From NCBI GenBank assembly GCA_964291675.2, contig OZ219866.1:448001-512000 (forward strand): a stretch of 64,000 nt of DNA, in the 5' to 3' direction. The notes beneath the pieces were generated by a model. That model was not told where the DNA came from and searched no databases. It saw only the letters and a program-made list of their open reading frames with translations. This document shows, in pieces, positions 1 to 13,582 of the stretch (the first letter of the stretch is position 1; every line of letters begins with the position of its first letter). The translations under genes were made by a program, and so were the position numbers. This DNA comes from Alphaproteobacteria bacterium (GTDB lineage: Bacteria; Pseudomonadota; Alphaproteobacteria; MPNO01).

Positions 1-525
1 AACCGGCTTCACGCTGTCCTCGTAGACGTTGACGTACTGCCCGTCGCCGCCCGCGTGCTTGGCCTCCAGCGAGTCGAGGTCGGCGGCGGTGAACACGTAG
101 CGCGCGTTGGGGAAGGTGGGCTCCCAGCGCCCGTCCACGAGGCACGTGTTCCAGCCGACATGGTCGACATGGAGGTGGGTGATCAACACGAGGTCGATGT
201 CGTCGGGCGCGTAGCCCGCCGCCGCCAGGTTCTCCAGCCAGGGCCACTGGCCGTCCGTCCAGTAATCCCGCCGGCGCCCCGGCTTGTCGTTGCCGACGCA
301 GGTGTCGATCAGGATGGTGCGTTCGCCCGCGCGGAACACGTAGCTCTGCATGCAGGATTCGAGCAGCCAGCGCGCCTCGTCGAAGAAGCGCGGCATCAGC
401 CAGCCCCGCTCGCGCTCGAAATCGCCGGGCGTGGAATCCGGGTACATCGCCCCGGGATCGAAGATCGGCGTGTCGTCCTCGAGCACCCGGGCGAGCTCCA
501 GCCTGCCGATGGTCACCGTCGCCAT
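1..525 (-). CDS. MBL-fold metallo-hydrolase (3' end runs off the window)
   Basis: Hand translation from ATG at 525: MATVTIGRLELARVLEDD...ILIDTCVGNDK...LITHLHVDHVGWNT...PTFPNARY; HxHxDH motif; GGAGG RBS upstream. Not in ORF track because incomplete. Confidence 0.85.
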   Translation of the reverse strand, partial: MATVTIGRLELARVLEDDTPIFDPGAMYPDSTPGDFERERGWLMPRFFDEARWLLESCMQSYVFRAGERTILIDTCVGNDKPGRRRDYWTDGQWPWLENLAAAGYAPDDIDLVLITHLHVDHVGWNTCLVDGRWEPTFPNARYVFTAADLDSLEAKHAGGDGQYVNVYEDSVKPV

Positions 526-555
526 TGCATCCTCCGACCGAGCCTTCCCCCAAGT

Positions 556-667
556 CGTCTTGGCCGGCCCCCGGATCAAGTCCGGGGGTGATCCGGGCAT
601 CTCTCTCCGCAAGTCCAGCCTGTCGCCCGGAAGCCGCTTCATCGCCGGAGCAAGTCGGGCCATGACG
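556..667. repeat. REP-like palindromic element with nested hairpin
   Basis: Imperfect terminal inverted repeats CGTCTTGGCC (556) / GGCCATGACG (ends 667); perfect internal stem CCCCCGGA-TCAAG-TCCGGGGG (568-588). Confidence 0.6.
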
Positions 668-718
668 CGGCGGGGGCGCCGCGCAAATGGATAGAAACTT
701 GGGGAGTACGACACTAGC

Positions 719-1579
719 ATGGGATTTTACGATCGCGCGAACGGCAAGACGATGTCTCACCCTTGCGCCGCGCCGCATGCGGTCACCGCGGCCGAGTTCG
801 ACTGCGAGGTGATCCGCAACGATGCGGTCAACGCCGAGTACATGCATATCGTGGCGACCGCCGAGCCGCTCGCGACATCGATCCGGGCCGGCCAGTTCTT
901 CCACATGCTGTGTCCGAAGGGCGGGGCGAACGCCCCGTTCTTCCGCCGCCCGATGAGCGTCTACCGGGCCGACCCGGAGCACGGCACGGTCGCCTTCCTC
1001 TACAAGGTGACCGGCAGCGGGACGCGGGCGCTGGCGACGCTGGCGCCGGGCGACCGGCTCGACTTGTTCGGGCCGCTCGGCGTCGGCTTCGCGCTGGAGC
1101 CCGGGTGGCGGCGCATCGTGGTGGTCGGGCGCGGGGTGGGGCTTGCGACGCTCGCCCCGCTGGCCGAGCTCGCGGCGGCGAGCGGGGTGGGCGTGACGGC
1201 GGTCCTGAGCGCGCGCTCGCCGGCGGTGATGATGTCGGCCGACCGCTTCCAGGCGATCGGCGCCGAGACGATCGAGGTCACCGACGCCGAGGGGACCAGC
1301 GGCCCCGCCCGGCTGGAGCGCACCCTGCGCGGGCTGATCGCGGAAGGCCGGGCGGATGCGTTCTTCACCTGCGGCTCCAACCGGCTGCTGCTGCTGCTCC
1401 AGCGCCTCGGGCGCGAGTTCTCCATCCCCGGCCAGGTCGCGCTGGAGCAGCAGATGGCCTGCGGGCTCGGCATGTGCTTCTGTTGCGTGCGCGAGTTCCG
1501 CGTGGGCGACGGCGTCGCCCACCGCCGGGTGTGCTGGGACGGTCCGGTGTTCGACCTTCAGGAGGCGATCTCTTGGTAG
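719..1579 (+). CDS. pyrK: Dihydroorotate dehydrogenase electron-transfer subunit (FAD, 2Fe-2S)
   Basis: RRPMS FAD motif, GPLG, GRGVGLA, C-terminal EQQMACGLGMCFCC...VCWDGPVF cluster motif. Confidence 0.9.
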   Translation: MGFYDRANGKTMSHPCAAPHAVTAAEFDCEVIRNDAVNAEYMHIVATAEPLATSIRAGQFFHMLCPKGGANAPFFRRPMSVYRADPEHGTVAFLYKVTGSGTRALATLAPGDRLDLFGPLGVGFALEPGWRRIVVVGRGVGLATLAPLAELAAASGVGVTAVLSARSPAVMMSADRFQAIGAETIEVTDAEGTSGPARLERTLRGLIAEGRADAFFTCGSNRLLLLLQRLGREFSIPGQVALEQQMACGLGMCFCCVREFRVGDGVAHRRVCWDGPVFDLQEAISW

Positions 1580-2520
1580 ACATGCGCGTCGAGATCGGCG
1601 GGGTGGCGATGGCCAACCCGGTAATGCCGGCCTCCGGAACCTTCGCCGACGGGCTCGACAAGGCGGTCGATTTCGAACGCCTGGGGGCCATGGTGATCAA
1701 GACCATCACCCGCGAGCTCCGGGTCGGCAACGCGCTGCCCCGGGTCTGCGAGACGCCGGAGGGGATGCTGAACTCGATCGGCATCCCGTCCAAGGGGATG
1801 GACTATTTCCACGCCGAGACCCTGCCGCTCTATGCGCGCTACTCGACGCCGCTGGTGGTCAGCATCTCGGCGCCGACGGTGGCCGGCTTCGCCAGCCTCG
1901 CCGAAGAGGTGAGCCTGCCGGGCGTCGCCGCGATCGAGATCAACATCTCGTGCCCCAACCTGGAAGCCGACGGCCAGGCCTTCGCCAACTACACCGAGTC
2001 CACCGAGCGCGCCGTCGCGGCGATCCGCCGGCGCACCTCGCTGCCGCTCTGGGCCAAGCTCTCGCCCAACGTCACCGACGTCGCCGAGATCGGCCGCGCG
2101 GCGGAGGCCGCCGGCGCCGACGCGCTGGTGGTCGCCAACACCTTCCTCGCCATGGCGGTCGACATCGAGAGCCAGCGTCCCAGGCTCGGCAGCGTCACCG
2201 GCGGGTTGTCCGGCCCCGCGATCCGGCCCATCGTGGTCCGCATGACCTATCAATGCGCGCGCGCGGTCGACATCCCGGTGATCGGCTGCGGCGGGATCGC
2301 GACGGCGGACGACGCGATCGAGTACATGCTGGCCGGCGCCAGCGCGGTCCAGGTGGGAACCGTCACCTTCCTCCACCCGACGGCGATGATCTCGGTCCTC
2401 GACGGCATCGAGGATTACTGCCTGCGGCGCGGCTATGCGCGCGTGACCGACCTCGTGGGCGCGCTCTCGGTCGAGGAGGCGGACGAGACCGACATGGAAT
2501 GGGTCGACCCGCTGCGATGA
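1573..2520 (+). CDS. pyrD: Dihydroorotate dehydrogenase catalytic subunit, class 1B (NAD-dependent)
   Basis: NPVMPASGTF, MLNSIG, EINISCPN (class 1 catalytic Cys), KLSPN, GGLSGPAIRP, GASAVQVGT. Start TTG 1573 (GGAGG 7 nt upstream) or ATG 1582. Confidence 0.88.
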   Translation: MVDMRVEIGGVAMANPVMPASGTFADGLDKAVDFERLGAMVIKTITRELRVGNALPRVCETPEGMLNSIGIPSKGMDYFHAETLPLYARYSTPLVVSISAPTVAGFASLAEEVSLPGVAAIEINISCPNLEADGQAFANYTESTERAVAAIRRRTSLPLWAKLSPNVTDVAEIGRAAEAAGADALVVANTFLAMAVDIESQRPRLGSVTGGLSGPAIRPIVVRMTYQCARAVDIPVIGCGGIATADDAIEYMLAGASAVQVGTVTFLHPTAMISVLDGIEDYCLRRGYARVTDLVGALSVEEADETDMEWVDPLR

Positions 2521-3794
2521 GCGAAACCGCCCTCCAGCCCGCCCGGGAAGAGCTGCGCACGCTCGCCGTCGAGACCTTCGACACGCTGCGCCGGGCCACC
2601 GCCGCCAGGCAGGGCGTGTCGCGCGAGAGCTTCGGCGCGGGCGAGAACGCGGCGCTTGAGATCCTGGTCGACCTCGCCCGCCGGTTCGGGCTCGAGACCG
2701 GCACCGACCGGGCCGCAAACCTGCTGATCTCGCTGCCCGGACAGGCGCGGGCGACGCCCTATATCGCCTGCGGATCGCACATGGATTCGGTGCCGGAGGG
2801 GGGCAATTTCGACGGCGCCGCCGGGGTGGTCGCGGGGCTGCTGGCGCTGGTGCGCGCGCGGATGGAGGACGCAAGGCCGAGACACCCGGTCCGGGTGATC
2901 GCGCTGCGCGGCGAGGAGAGCGCCTGGTACGGCAAGGCCTGCGTCGGGTCGAGCGCGCTGTTCGGCCGGCTGCAGAAGGCCGACCTCGCCTCGGTCCACC
3001 GCGACGGGACGGGCACGCTGGGCGAGGCGATGAAACGCGAAGGCGCCGCGGTCGAGGCGATCGAGGCGGGCACGCCGCTGGTCGACCCGGCCGACATCGC
3101 GGGCTATGTCGAGCTGCACATCGAGCAGGGTCCGATCCTGGTCGCCGACAGCCTGCCGACCGCCGTGGTGACCTCGATCCGCGGCAATCTGCGCCACCGC
3201 CGCATCCGCTGCATCGGCGAGGCGGGACATTCGGGCGCGGTGCCGCGCGGGCTCAGGAACGATCCGGTCATGGCCGCCGCCGCGCTGATCCATGCGCTCG
3301 ACAACCACTGGCGGGACTGGCTGGAGCGGGGGCACGACATCGTGGTGACCACCGGCATCGTCGAGACCGACGCCCGGTCGCATTCGGTCTCGCGCATCGC
3401 CGGCGAGGTCGATTTCAGCTTCGAGGTGCGCAGCGAGGACCGGGCGACGCTGGAGGGGTTCTACGAGCTCATGCGGGGCGAGTGCGACCGGATCGCCGAC
3501 GAGCGCCGGGTGATGTTCAACTTCGACCGCAGGGTCGACGCCCCGCCCGCGGTGATGGACCGGCGCTGGGTCGACAAGCTGCTGGCGCATGCCCGCGCGC
3601 TGTCGCTACCCGAACGCACGATTTTGAGCGGCGCCGGCCACGACGCGGCGCTGTTCGCCGCGGCCGGAATCCCGTCGGCGATGATCTTCATCCGGAACCA
3701 CAACGGCTCGCACAACCCGAACGAGGCGATGGACATCGACGACTTCCTCAAGGGCGCCGACCTGCTCTACCGCGCGCTGATCGACCCGCCGTGA
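2517..3794 (+). CDS. M20-family Zn-dependent N-carbamoyl-amino-acid amidohydrolase (allantoate amidohydrolase/ureidopropionase-like)
   Basis: [47 protein letters not shown] motifs; ATGA overlap with pyrD stop. Confidence 0.88.
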   Translation: MSETALQPAREELRTLAVETFDTLRRATAARQGVSRESFGAGENAALEILVDLARRFGLETGTDRAANLLISLPGQARATPYIACGSHMDSVPEGGNFDGAAGVVAGLLALVRARMEDARPRHPVRVIALRGEESAWYGKACVGSSALFGRLQKADLASVHRDGTGTLGEAMKREGAAVEAIEAGTPLVDPADIAGYVELHIEQGPILVADSLPTAVVTSIRGNLRHRRIRCIGEAGHSGAVPRGLRNDPVMAAAALIHALDNHWRDWLERGHDIVVTTGIVETDARSHSVSRIAGEVDFSFEVRSEDRATLEGFYELMRGECDRIADERRVMFNFDRRVDAPPAVMDRRWVDKLLAHARALSLPERTILSGAGHDAALFAAAGIPSAMIFIRNHNGSHNPNEAMDIDDFLKGADLLYRALIDPP

Positions 3795-4846
3795 CGGGCG
3801 AGCGCATCGAGATCGCGCGGCCGGACGACTGGCACCTCCATCTCCGCGACGGCGCGATGCTGCACACCATCGTCGGCTTCTCGGCGGCGGTGTTCGGCCG
3901 CGCCATCGTGATGCCCAACCTGGTGCCGCCGGTGCGCGTCCCGGAGGAGGCCGAGGCCTATCGCGCGCGTATCCGGGCGGCGCTCCCCGACGGCCATCCG
4001 TTCGAGCCGCTGATGACCGCCTACATGACCGACAGCGCCGATCCGGCGGATATCCGGGCCGGGTTCGAGAGCGGCATCTTCCACGCCGTCAAGCTCTACC
4101 CGGCCGGCGCCACCACCAACTCCGAGATGGGGGTGACGCGCATGGCGGCGATCCGCCCGGTGCTGGCGGAGATGGAGAAGATCGGCATGCCGCTCCTGGT
4201 CCATGGCGAGGTCGCCGATCCCGAGGTCGACGTGTTCGACCGCGAGGCGGTCTATATCGAGCGCGTGCTCGAGCCGATGCGGCGCGGCTTCCCGGGGCTC
4301 AGGGTGGTGCTGGAACACGTGACCACGGTCGATGCCGTCGAATACGTGCGCGCCGCCGAGAGCGGGCTCGCGGCCACGATCACCCCGCATCACCTGATGA
4401 TCAACCGCAACGCCATCTTCCGCGGCGGGCTCCGCCCGCACATGTATTGCCTCCCCGTCGCCAAGCGCGAGCGGCACCGCCTGGCGCTGCGCGCGGCCGC
4501 GGTCTCGGGCGATTCGCGGTTCTTCCTCGGCAGCGATTCCGCCCCCCATCCGCGGCGCGACAAGGAGGCCGATTGCGGCTGCGCGGGAATCTTCAACGCG
4601 CCCAACGCGCTGCAATGCGTGGCGCAGGTCTTCGACGAGGAGGGCGCGCTCGACCGGCTCGAAGGTTTCGTGTCCCGCGCGGGCGCGGAATTTTACGGAA
4701 TGGCGCCGAATTCCGACCGCATCGTCCTCGAAAAGGGGGTAGTTTCCGAGGCGCCCCGGGAGCGGGTGGGGGTCGCGGACCACGCGATCAGGGTGTTCGA
4801 CCCCGGCACGCCGGTCTTTTGGCGGATCGTCTCCGGCCTCCGGTGA
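3791..4846 (+). CDS. pyrC: Dihydroorotase (E. coli-type homodimeric)
   Basis: [49 protein letters not shown]; GTGA overlap with upstream stop. Confidence 0.93.
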   Translation: MTGERIEIARPDDWHLHLRDGAMLHTIVGFSAAVFGRAIVMPNLVPPVRVPEEAEAYRARIRAALPDGHPFEPLMTAYMTDSADPADIRAGFESGIFHAVKLYPAGATTNSEMGVTRMAAIRPVLAEMEKIGMPLLVHGEVADPEVDVFDREAVYIERVLEPMRRGFPGLRVVLEHVTTVDAVEYVRAAESGLAATITPHHLMINRNAIFRGGLRPHMYCLPVAKRERHRLALRAAAVSGDSRFFLGSDSAPHPRRDKEADCGCAGIFNAPNALQCVAQVFDEEGALDRLEGFVSRAGAEFYGMAPNSDRIVLEKGVVSEAPRERVGVADHAIRVFDPGTPVFWRIVSGLR

Positions 4847-4881
4847 GCCAGCCGGGCGCGTGCGACAGAGCGGAGGGACAG

Positions 4882-5577
4882 ATGCTGCCGACGGCGTTCC
4901 CGGACGAGGCGCAGGTCGCCGAGATGACGGCGCGGATGCTGATCGAGGTCGAGGCGGTACGCTTCCGCGCCGAGGACCCCTACCGCTTCACCTCGGGCTG
5001 GGCGAGCCCGGTCTATATCGACTGCCGGCGGCTGATCTCGTTCCCGCGGGTGCGCCAGACGCTGATGGATTTCGCCGCCTCGGCGATCGTCCGCGAGGTC
5101 GGGTTCGAGACCATCGACGCCGTCGCCGGGGGCGAGACCGCCGGCATCCCCTTCGCCGCCTGGATCGCCGACCGGCTGATGCTGCCCATGCAGTATGTCC
5201 GCAAGCAGGCCAAGGGGTTCGGCCGGGACGCCCAGATCGAGGGCGATTTCGAGGCCGGCTCCCGCGTGATCCTGGTCGAGGACCTGACCACCGACGGGCA
5301 GAGCAAGATCCGCTTCTGCCAGGCGCTGCGCGAGGCGGGCGCCATGGTCAATCACACCTTCGTGATCTTCCACTACGACATCTTCCCGCAGACCCACGAG
5401 CTGCTGGAGCGGATGGACATGAAGATGCTCTCGCTCGCCACCTGGTGGGACGTGCTCGCGGTGTGCAAGAAGCACGCCTATTTCGACGCCGCCACGCTGG
5501 ACGAGGTCGAGAGCTTCATGAACGACCCGGTCGCCTGGTCCGCCGCGCATGGCGGCGCCTCGGAGCTCGCGGGCTGA
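4882..5577 (+). CDS. pyrE: Orotate phosphoribosyltransferase
   Basis: [32 protein letters not shown]-binding [11 protein letters not shown]; GGAGG RBS. Confidence 0.92.
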   Translation: MLPTAFPDEAQVAEMTARMLIEVEAVRFRAEDPYRFTSGWASPVYIDCRRLISFPRVRQTLMDFAASAIVREVGFETIDAVAGGETAGIPFAAWIADRLMLPMQYVRKQAKGFGRDAQIEGDFEAGSRVILVEDLTTDGQSKIRFCQALREAGAMVNHTFVIFHYDIFPQTHELLERMDMKMLSLATWWDVLAVCKKHAYFDAATLDEVESFMNDPVAWSAAHGGASELAG

Positions 5578-5767
5578 CCCGCCGAACGATGCGGGCCGAA
5601 TAACGCTGCCTTTCCTGTATTCAGCCGGCGACAAGCTCTGTAAATTGCCCCGGATTGAGGATGCCCGCACCGCCCGGGACGGCTCGGCTGCGCCCTGGGG
5701 GGATTCGCGTTTGCGCGGAGGCGCGGAAATCTCTCATTATGCGCCAGTCCCAGGAGGGAGACCGAAG

Positions 5768-6796
5768 ATGACAGGGAAAATCAGGCCGCTCGCGCTCGCG
5801 GCGGCGGTATCGGCGGCGGTGGTGCTCGGCAGCGTCAGCGCCCAGGCGGCGACCAAGATCCGGCTCACGCTCGACTGGATTCCGCAGTCGACGCACGGGC
5901 TGATCTTCATCGCCCAGTACGAGGGCTACTACAAGGCCGAAGGCCTCGACGTGAAGATCGACGAAGGCCGCGGCTCGGCCGACGCGGTCAAGAAGCTGGT
6001 CAGCGGCACCCACGATATCGGCCTCGCCGACATCAACGCCTTGATCCAATACAACGCCAAGAACAAGGGCGCCGAGATCAAGAGCGTCATGATGATGTAC
6101 GAGCAGCCGCCCTTCTCCATCTTCGTCTTGAAGAAGTCGGGCATCACCCATCCCAAGCAGCTCGTCGGCAAGACGCTGGGCGCGCCGGTGTTCGATGCCA
6201 GCTACAAGCTGTTCCCGGCCTTCGCCAAGGCGATCGGCATCGACCCGAACGCGGTGAAGAAGAAGAACATGGACCCGCGCCTGCGCGAGCCGATGCTCAT
6301 CCGGGGCGAGGTCGACGCGATCTCGGGGCACGTGTTCTCCTCGATGCTCAACCTCAAGGCGGCCGGCGTCAAGGAAGAGGACGTCACCTTCTTCATGTAC
6401 GGCGACCACGGCATGGAGTCCTATGCCAACGGCGTTGCCGTGCGCCCCGACTTCATCGCCAAGAACGCGGACGCGGTGCGCGGCTTCGTGCGGGCGACGA
6501 TCAAGGCGACCCGCGACATGGTGCAGAAGCCCCAGCTCGCGCTCGATTCGGCCAAGAAGTTCTCGCCACTGCTCGTCGAGTCGGTCGAGGCCGACCGGCT
6601 GCGGCTCGGCATCAAGTGCTGCGTGCTGACGCCGAACGTGCGCAAGAACGGCTATGGCGGCATCGACATGGCCCGGCTGCAGCGCTCGATCGACCAGGCG
6701 GCGGACGCCTACGGCATCAAGGAGCCGCCGAAGGCCGCCGACATGTGGCTCGACGGCTTCCTGCCGCCGCAGTCCGAACGCTTCATCCACAAATAG
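5768..6796 (+). CDS. ABC transporter substrate-binding protein, NMT1/THI5/TauA family
   Basis: Signal peptide; LDWIPQSTH, GYYKAEGLDVKI, GRGSAD; GGAGGGAG RBS. Confidence 0.85.
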   Translation: MTGKIRPLALAAAVSAAVVLGSVSAQAATKIRLTLDWIPQSTHGLIFIAQYEGYYKAEGLDVKIDEGRGSADAVKKLVSGTHDIGLADINALIQYNAKNKGAEIKSVMMMYEQPPFSIFVLKKSGITHPKQLVGKTLGAPVFDASYKLFPAFAKAIGIDPNAVKKKNMDPRLREPMLIRGEVDAISGHVFSSMLNLKAAGVKEEDVTFFMYGDHGMESYANGVAVRPDFIAKNADAVRGFVRATIKATRDMVQKPQLALDSAKKFSPLLVESVEADRLRLGIKCCVLTPNVRKNGYGGIDMARLQRSIDQAADAYGIKEPPKAADMWLDGFLPPQSERFIHK

Positions 6797-6803
6797 GGTG
6801 CCC

Positions 6804-6826
6804 GGGGCGGGCCGCGTGCCCGCCCC
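6804..6826 (+). other. Intercistronic stem-loop after the substrate-binding gene
   Basis: GGGGCGGGC-CGCGT-GCCCGCCCC, 9-bp perfect stem, no U-tract. Confidence 0.55.
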
Positions 6827-6849
6827 CACCCCTTCCTTCGAGACCGTCG

Positions 6850-7656
6850 ATGGCATTCATCGAGATCGACGAGATCGACCTCACCTACCGCAACAGCGCG
6901 GGCGACGAGGACGATGCCGGCACGCTGGCGCTGCAAGGCGCCAGCCTGACCATGGAACGCGGCGATTTCATCTCGCTGGTCGGGCCGAGCGGCTGCGGCA
7001 AGTCGACCCTGCTCAAGGTGGTCGCCGGGCTGATCCGGGCCAATAAGGGGCGGGTATCGGTCGCCGGCCAGGTGGTCGACCAGCCGCTCAAGATCGTCGG
7101 CATGGCGTTCCAGAACGCGACCCTGCTGCCGTGGCGCTCGACGCGCGAGAACGTGCTGCTGCCGATGGAGATCGTCGAGCCGCATCGGAAGCAGTTCCGC
7201 AGGGAGAAGGCGAAATACGAGGCCATCGCGGACGAGCTGCTGGCCACCGTCGGTCTCGACGGGTTCGGCGACCGGGCGCCCTGGCAGCTCTCGGGCGGGA
7301 TGCAGCAGCGCGCCCAGCTATGCCGCGCCCTGGTGCACGAGCCCGACCTGCTGCTGCTCGACGAGCCGTTCGGCGCGCTGGATGCGTTCACCCGCGAAGA
7401 GCTCTGGGACGTGCTCCAGGCGCTCTACATGAACCGGAAATGCACGGTGATGCTGGTCACCCACGATCTGCGCGAGGCGGTCTACCTGGCCGACAAGGTC
7501 TACGTGATGAGCGCGAGGCCGGGCCGGGTGATCCTCGAGCGCGACATCGAGATCGAACGGCCGCGCAAGCTGGAGCACATGTACCAGCGCGAGACCGTCG
7601 AGCTGGTCCAGGAGCTGCGCCACCACATCAACATCGCGAGAACCGACGATGAGTAG
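6850..7656 (+). CDS. ABC transporter ATP-binding protein (TauB/SsuB/NitT type)
   Basis: Walker A GPSGCGKST, LSGGMQQR signature, LLLDEPFGALD, VTHD. Confidence 0.92.
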   Translation: MAFIEIDEIDLTYRNSAGDEDDAGTLALQGASLTMERGDFISLVGPSGCGKSTLLKVVAGLIRANKGRVSVAGQVVDQPLKIVGMAFQNATLLPWRSTRENVLLPMEIVEPHRKQFRREKAKYEAIADELLATVGLDGFGDRAPWQLSGGMQQRAQLCRALVHEPDLLLLDEPFGALDAFTREELWDVLQALYMNRKCTVMLVTHDLREAVYLADKVYVMSARPGRVILERDIEIERPRKLEHMYQRETVELVQELRHHINIARTDDE

Positions 7657-8431
7657 GAAAACCCTCGAGATTCTGTCGCCGTGGATCGTCACGCTGATCG
7701 TCATCGTCATCTGGGAGGTCGGCGTGCGCGCGTTCGACGTGCCCGCGGTGGTGCTGCCGACCGCGAGCGCGTCGTTCTACGCGATATGGGAGTGGCGCGA
7801 GGGGCTGTGGCACAACGCGATCCCGACGCTGGTGGCGACGCTGCTGGGGTTCGGCATCGCGGTCGTGTTCGGCATCGTGATGGGGGTCTTCATCGGCATC
7901 TCCAAGCCGGTCTATGCCGCGCTCTACCCGCTGCTGGTCGCCTTCAACAGCATCCCCAAGGTAGCCATCGTGCCGATCCTGATGGTGTGGTTCGGGATCG
8001 GGCTGACCACGGCGACGATCACCGCCTTCATCCTCTGCTTCTTCCCGATCGTGGTGAACGTCGCGGTCGCGCTGGCGACCATCGAGCCGGAGCTGCGCGA
8101 CGTCTTGCGCGCGCTCGGCGCGCATGAGCGCGACATCGTCATCAAGGTCGGGATCCCGCGCTCCCTCCCCTATCTGTTCGCCTCGCTCAAGATCGCGATC
8201 ACGCTGGCCTTCGTCGGCGCGGTGATCGCCGAGACCGTGGCGGGCGGCGACGGGATCGGCCATCTGATGCTGGTCGCCAGCTCGAACTTCAACATGGCGC
8301 TGATGATCGCCGGGCTGATCGTGATCGCCGCCATGGCGATCGGCATGTACGCGATCTTCGCGGTGCTCGACCGGCGCTTCACCGGCTGGGCGACGCGCGG
8401 CGACATCCAGTACGCCACGGCGGGCGGCTAG
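7649..8431 (+). CDS. ABC transporter permease (TauC/SsuC type)
   Basis: Multiple hydrophobic segments; NSIPKVAIVP; EAA-loop-like LRALGA...IPRSLPYLFASLK. Confidence 0.9.
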   Translation: MSRKTLEILSPWIVTLIVIVIWEVGVRAFDVPAVVLPTASASFYAIWEWREGLWHNAIPTLVATLLGFGIAVVFGIVMGVFIGISKPVYAALYPLLVAFNSIPKVAIVPILMVWFGIGLTTATITAFILCFFPIVVNVAVALATIEPELRDVLRALGAHERDIVIKVGIPRSLPYLFASLKIAITLAFVGAVIAETVAGGDGIGHLMLVASSNFNMALMIAGLIVIAAMAIGMYAIFAVLDRRFTGWATRGDIQYATAGG

Positions 8432-8439
8432 CCGCCGGC

Positions 8440-8468
8440 TTGCAACGGATCAAGCGGTGTGATACCAA
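8440..8468 (+). promoter_or_regulatory. Putative sigma70 promoter of the atp operon
   Basis: TTGCAA-N17-TACCAA about 100 nt upstream of atpH. Confidence 0.4.
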
Positions 8469-8569
8469 GCCCTGCCTTCGAGAACCGGGCTCCGAACCGG
8501 GCGTCGCGATAGCCGAAATCGCGCTGTATTTCAAAGAGTTGCCGCCGATACGGTCAGGGTTGGAAAGAC

Positions 8570-9129
8570 GTGTCCGCAACGCCGATTGACGTGTCCGGCC
8601 TGCCCGGGCGCTATGCCAATGCGCTGTTCGAGCTGGCGGACGAACGGGGCGCTCTCGATCCGGTGATGGACGATCTGGCGACGCTGCGATCGATGATCCG
8701 CGAGGCGCCGGAGTTCGCGCTTGTGCTCACCAGCCCGGTGATCGGCCGCGACGAGCAGGCGGCGGCGGTCGACGCGGTGATGGAGCGCGCCGGGATCGGC
8801 GAGCTCGCGCGCCGCTTCGTCAACGTGGTCGCGCGCAACCGCAGGCTGTTCGCGCTGCCCGGGATGATCGAAATCTACCGGGCGCTGCTGGCCGCCCGCC
8901 GCGGCGAGATCGCCGCCGAGGTGATTTCGGCCGCGCCGCTGAGCGAGGCCCAGCGGGCGGCGCTGGAGACGGCGCTGACGCGCTCGGTCGGCGCCAATGT
9001 CTCGATCGATCTCAGGGTCGATCCCGCCATCCTCGGCGGGCTGGTCGTGAAGGTCGGCTCGCGCATGGTCGATTCCTCGCTCAGGACCAAGCTGGACAAG
9101 CTGCAGATATCGATGAAAGGGGCCGCGTG

Positions 9130-9130
<1 letters not shown>
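8570..9130 (+). CDS. atpH: ATP synthase F1 delta subunit
   Basis: [35 protein letters not shown]; first gene of the operon. Confidence 0.95.
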
Positions 9131-13030
<3,900 letters not shown>

Positions 13031-13045
13031 GCGGGTATCGCGGAA

Positions 13046-13459
13046 ATGGCCGACACCGTCGAATTCGAGCTGGTCTCGCCGGAGAGGCTGCTGCTCTCCG
13101 TCCCGGTGGAGATGGTGGTGGTCCCCGGCGCGGAGGGCGATTTCGGCGTCCTGCCGGGCCACGCGCCGATGATTTCCACCCTGCGGCCGGGCGTGATCGC
13201 GATCTACAGGGACAAGGCGGTCGACCGCCGGGTCTTCGTCGCGGCCGGCGTCGCCGAGGTCCGGCCCGAGCGCTGCACGGTGCTGGCGGAGGATGCGGTT
13301 CCGCTGGAGGAGGCCGACGAGGCGGAGGCCGAGCGCCGCATCGCCCGGGCGCGCGAGGCGCTCGAACGCGCCGCCGACGAGGGCGCCGCCGAGGAGGCCC
13401 GCAGGCGGCTGGCGGCGGCCGAGGCGCTCCGCGCCGCGATCGCGAACGCCCGCATCTGA
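13046..13459 (+). CDS. atpC: ATP synthase F1 epsilon subunit
   Basis: ELVSPE, PGAEGDFGVLPGHAP; last gene of the operon. Confidence 0.95.
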   Translation: MADTVEFELVSPERLLLSVPVEMVVVPGAEGDFGVLPGHAPMISTLRPGVIAIYRDKAVDRRVFVAAGVAEVRPERCTVLAEDAVPLEEADEAEAERRIARAREALERAADEGAAEEARRRLAAAEALRAAIANARI

Positions 13460-13582
13460 CGAATCGACCGCCCCCTGCCCGCCGCGACCGCCGGATCGCC
13501 GCTTGACATCCCGGGAGTCGGAATGATTTCCTAGCTCATCGATGTCCATGAAAGGCGGGATCACATCAGGGGGAGTGTCGGG

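Noticed and set aside
719-2520. pyrK/pyrD as dihydropyrimidine dehydrogenase (PreT/PreA)
   Set aside because: The catalytic subunit lacks PreA's C-terminal ferredoxin domain, the partner is PyrK-like rather than GltD-like, and the ring-opening enzyme is a PyrC, not a hydantoinase.
13503-13508. Perfect TTGACA upstream of the ferritin-like gene
   Set aside because: No convincing -10 element at 16-18 nt spacing, so not called as a promoter.
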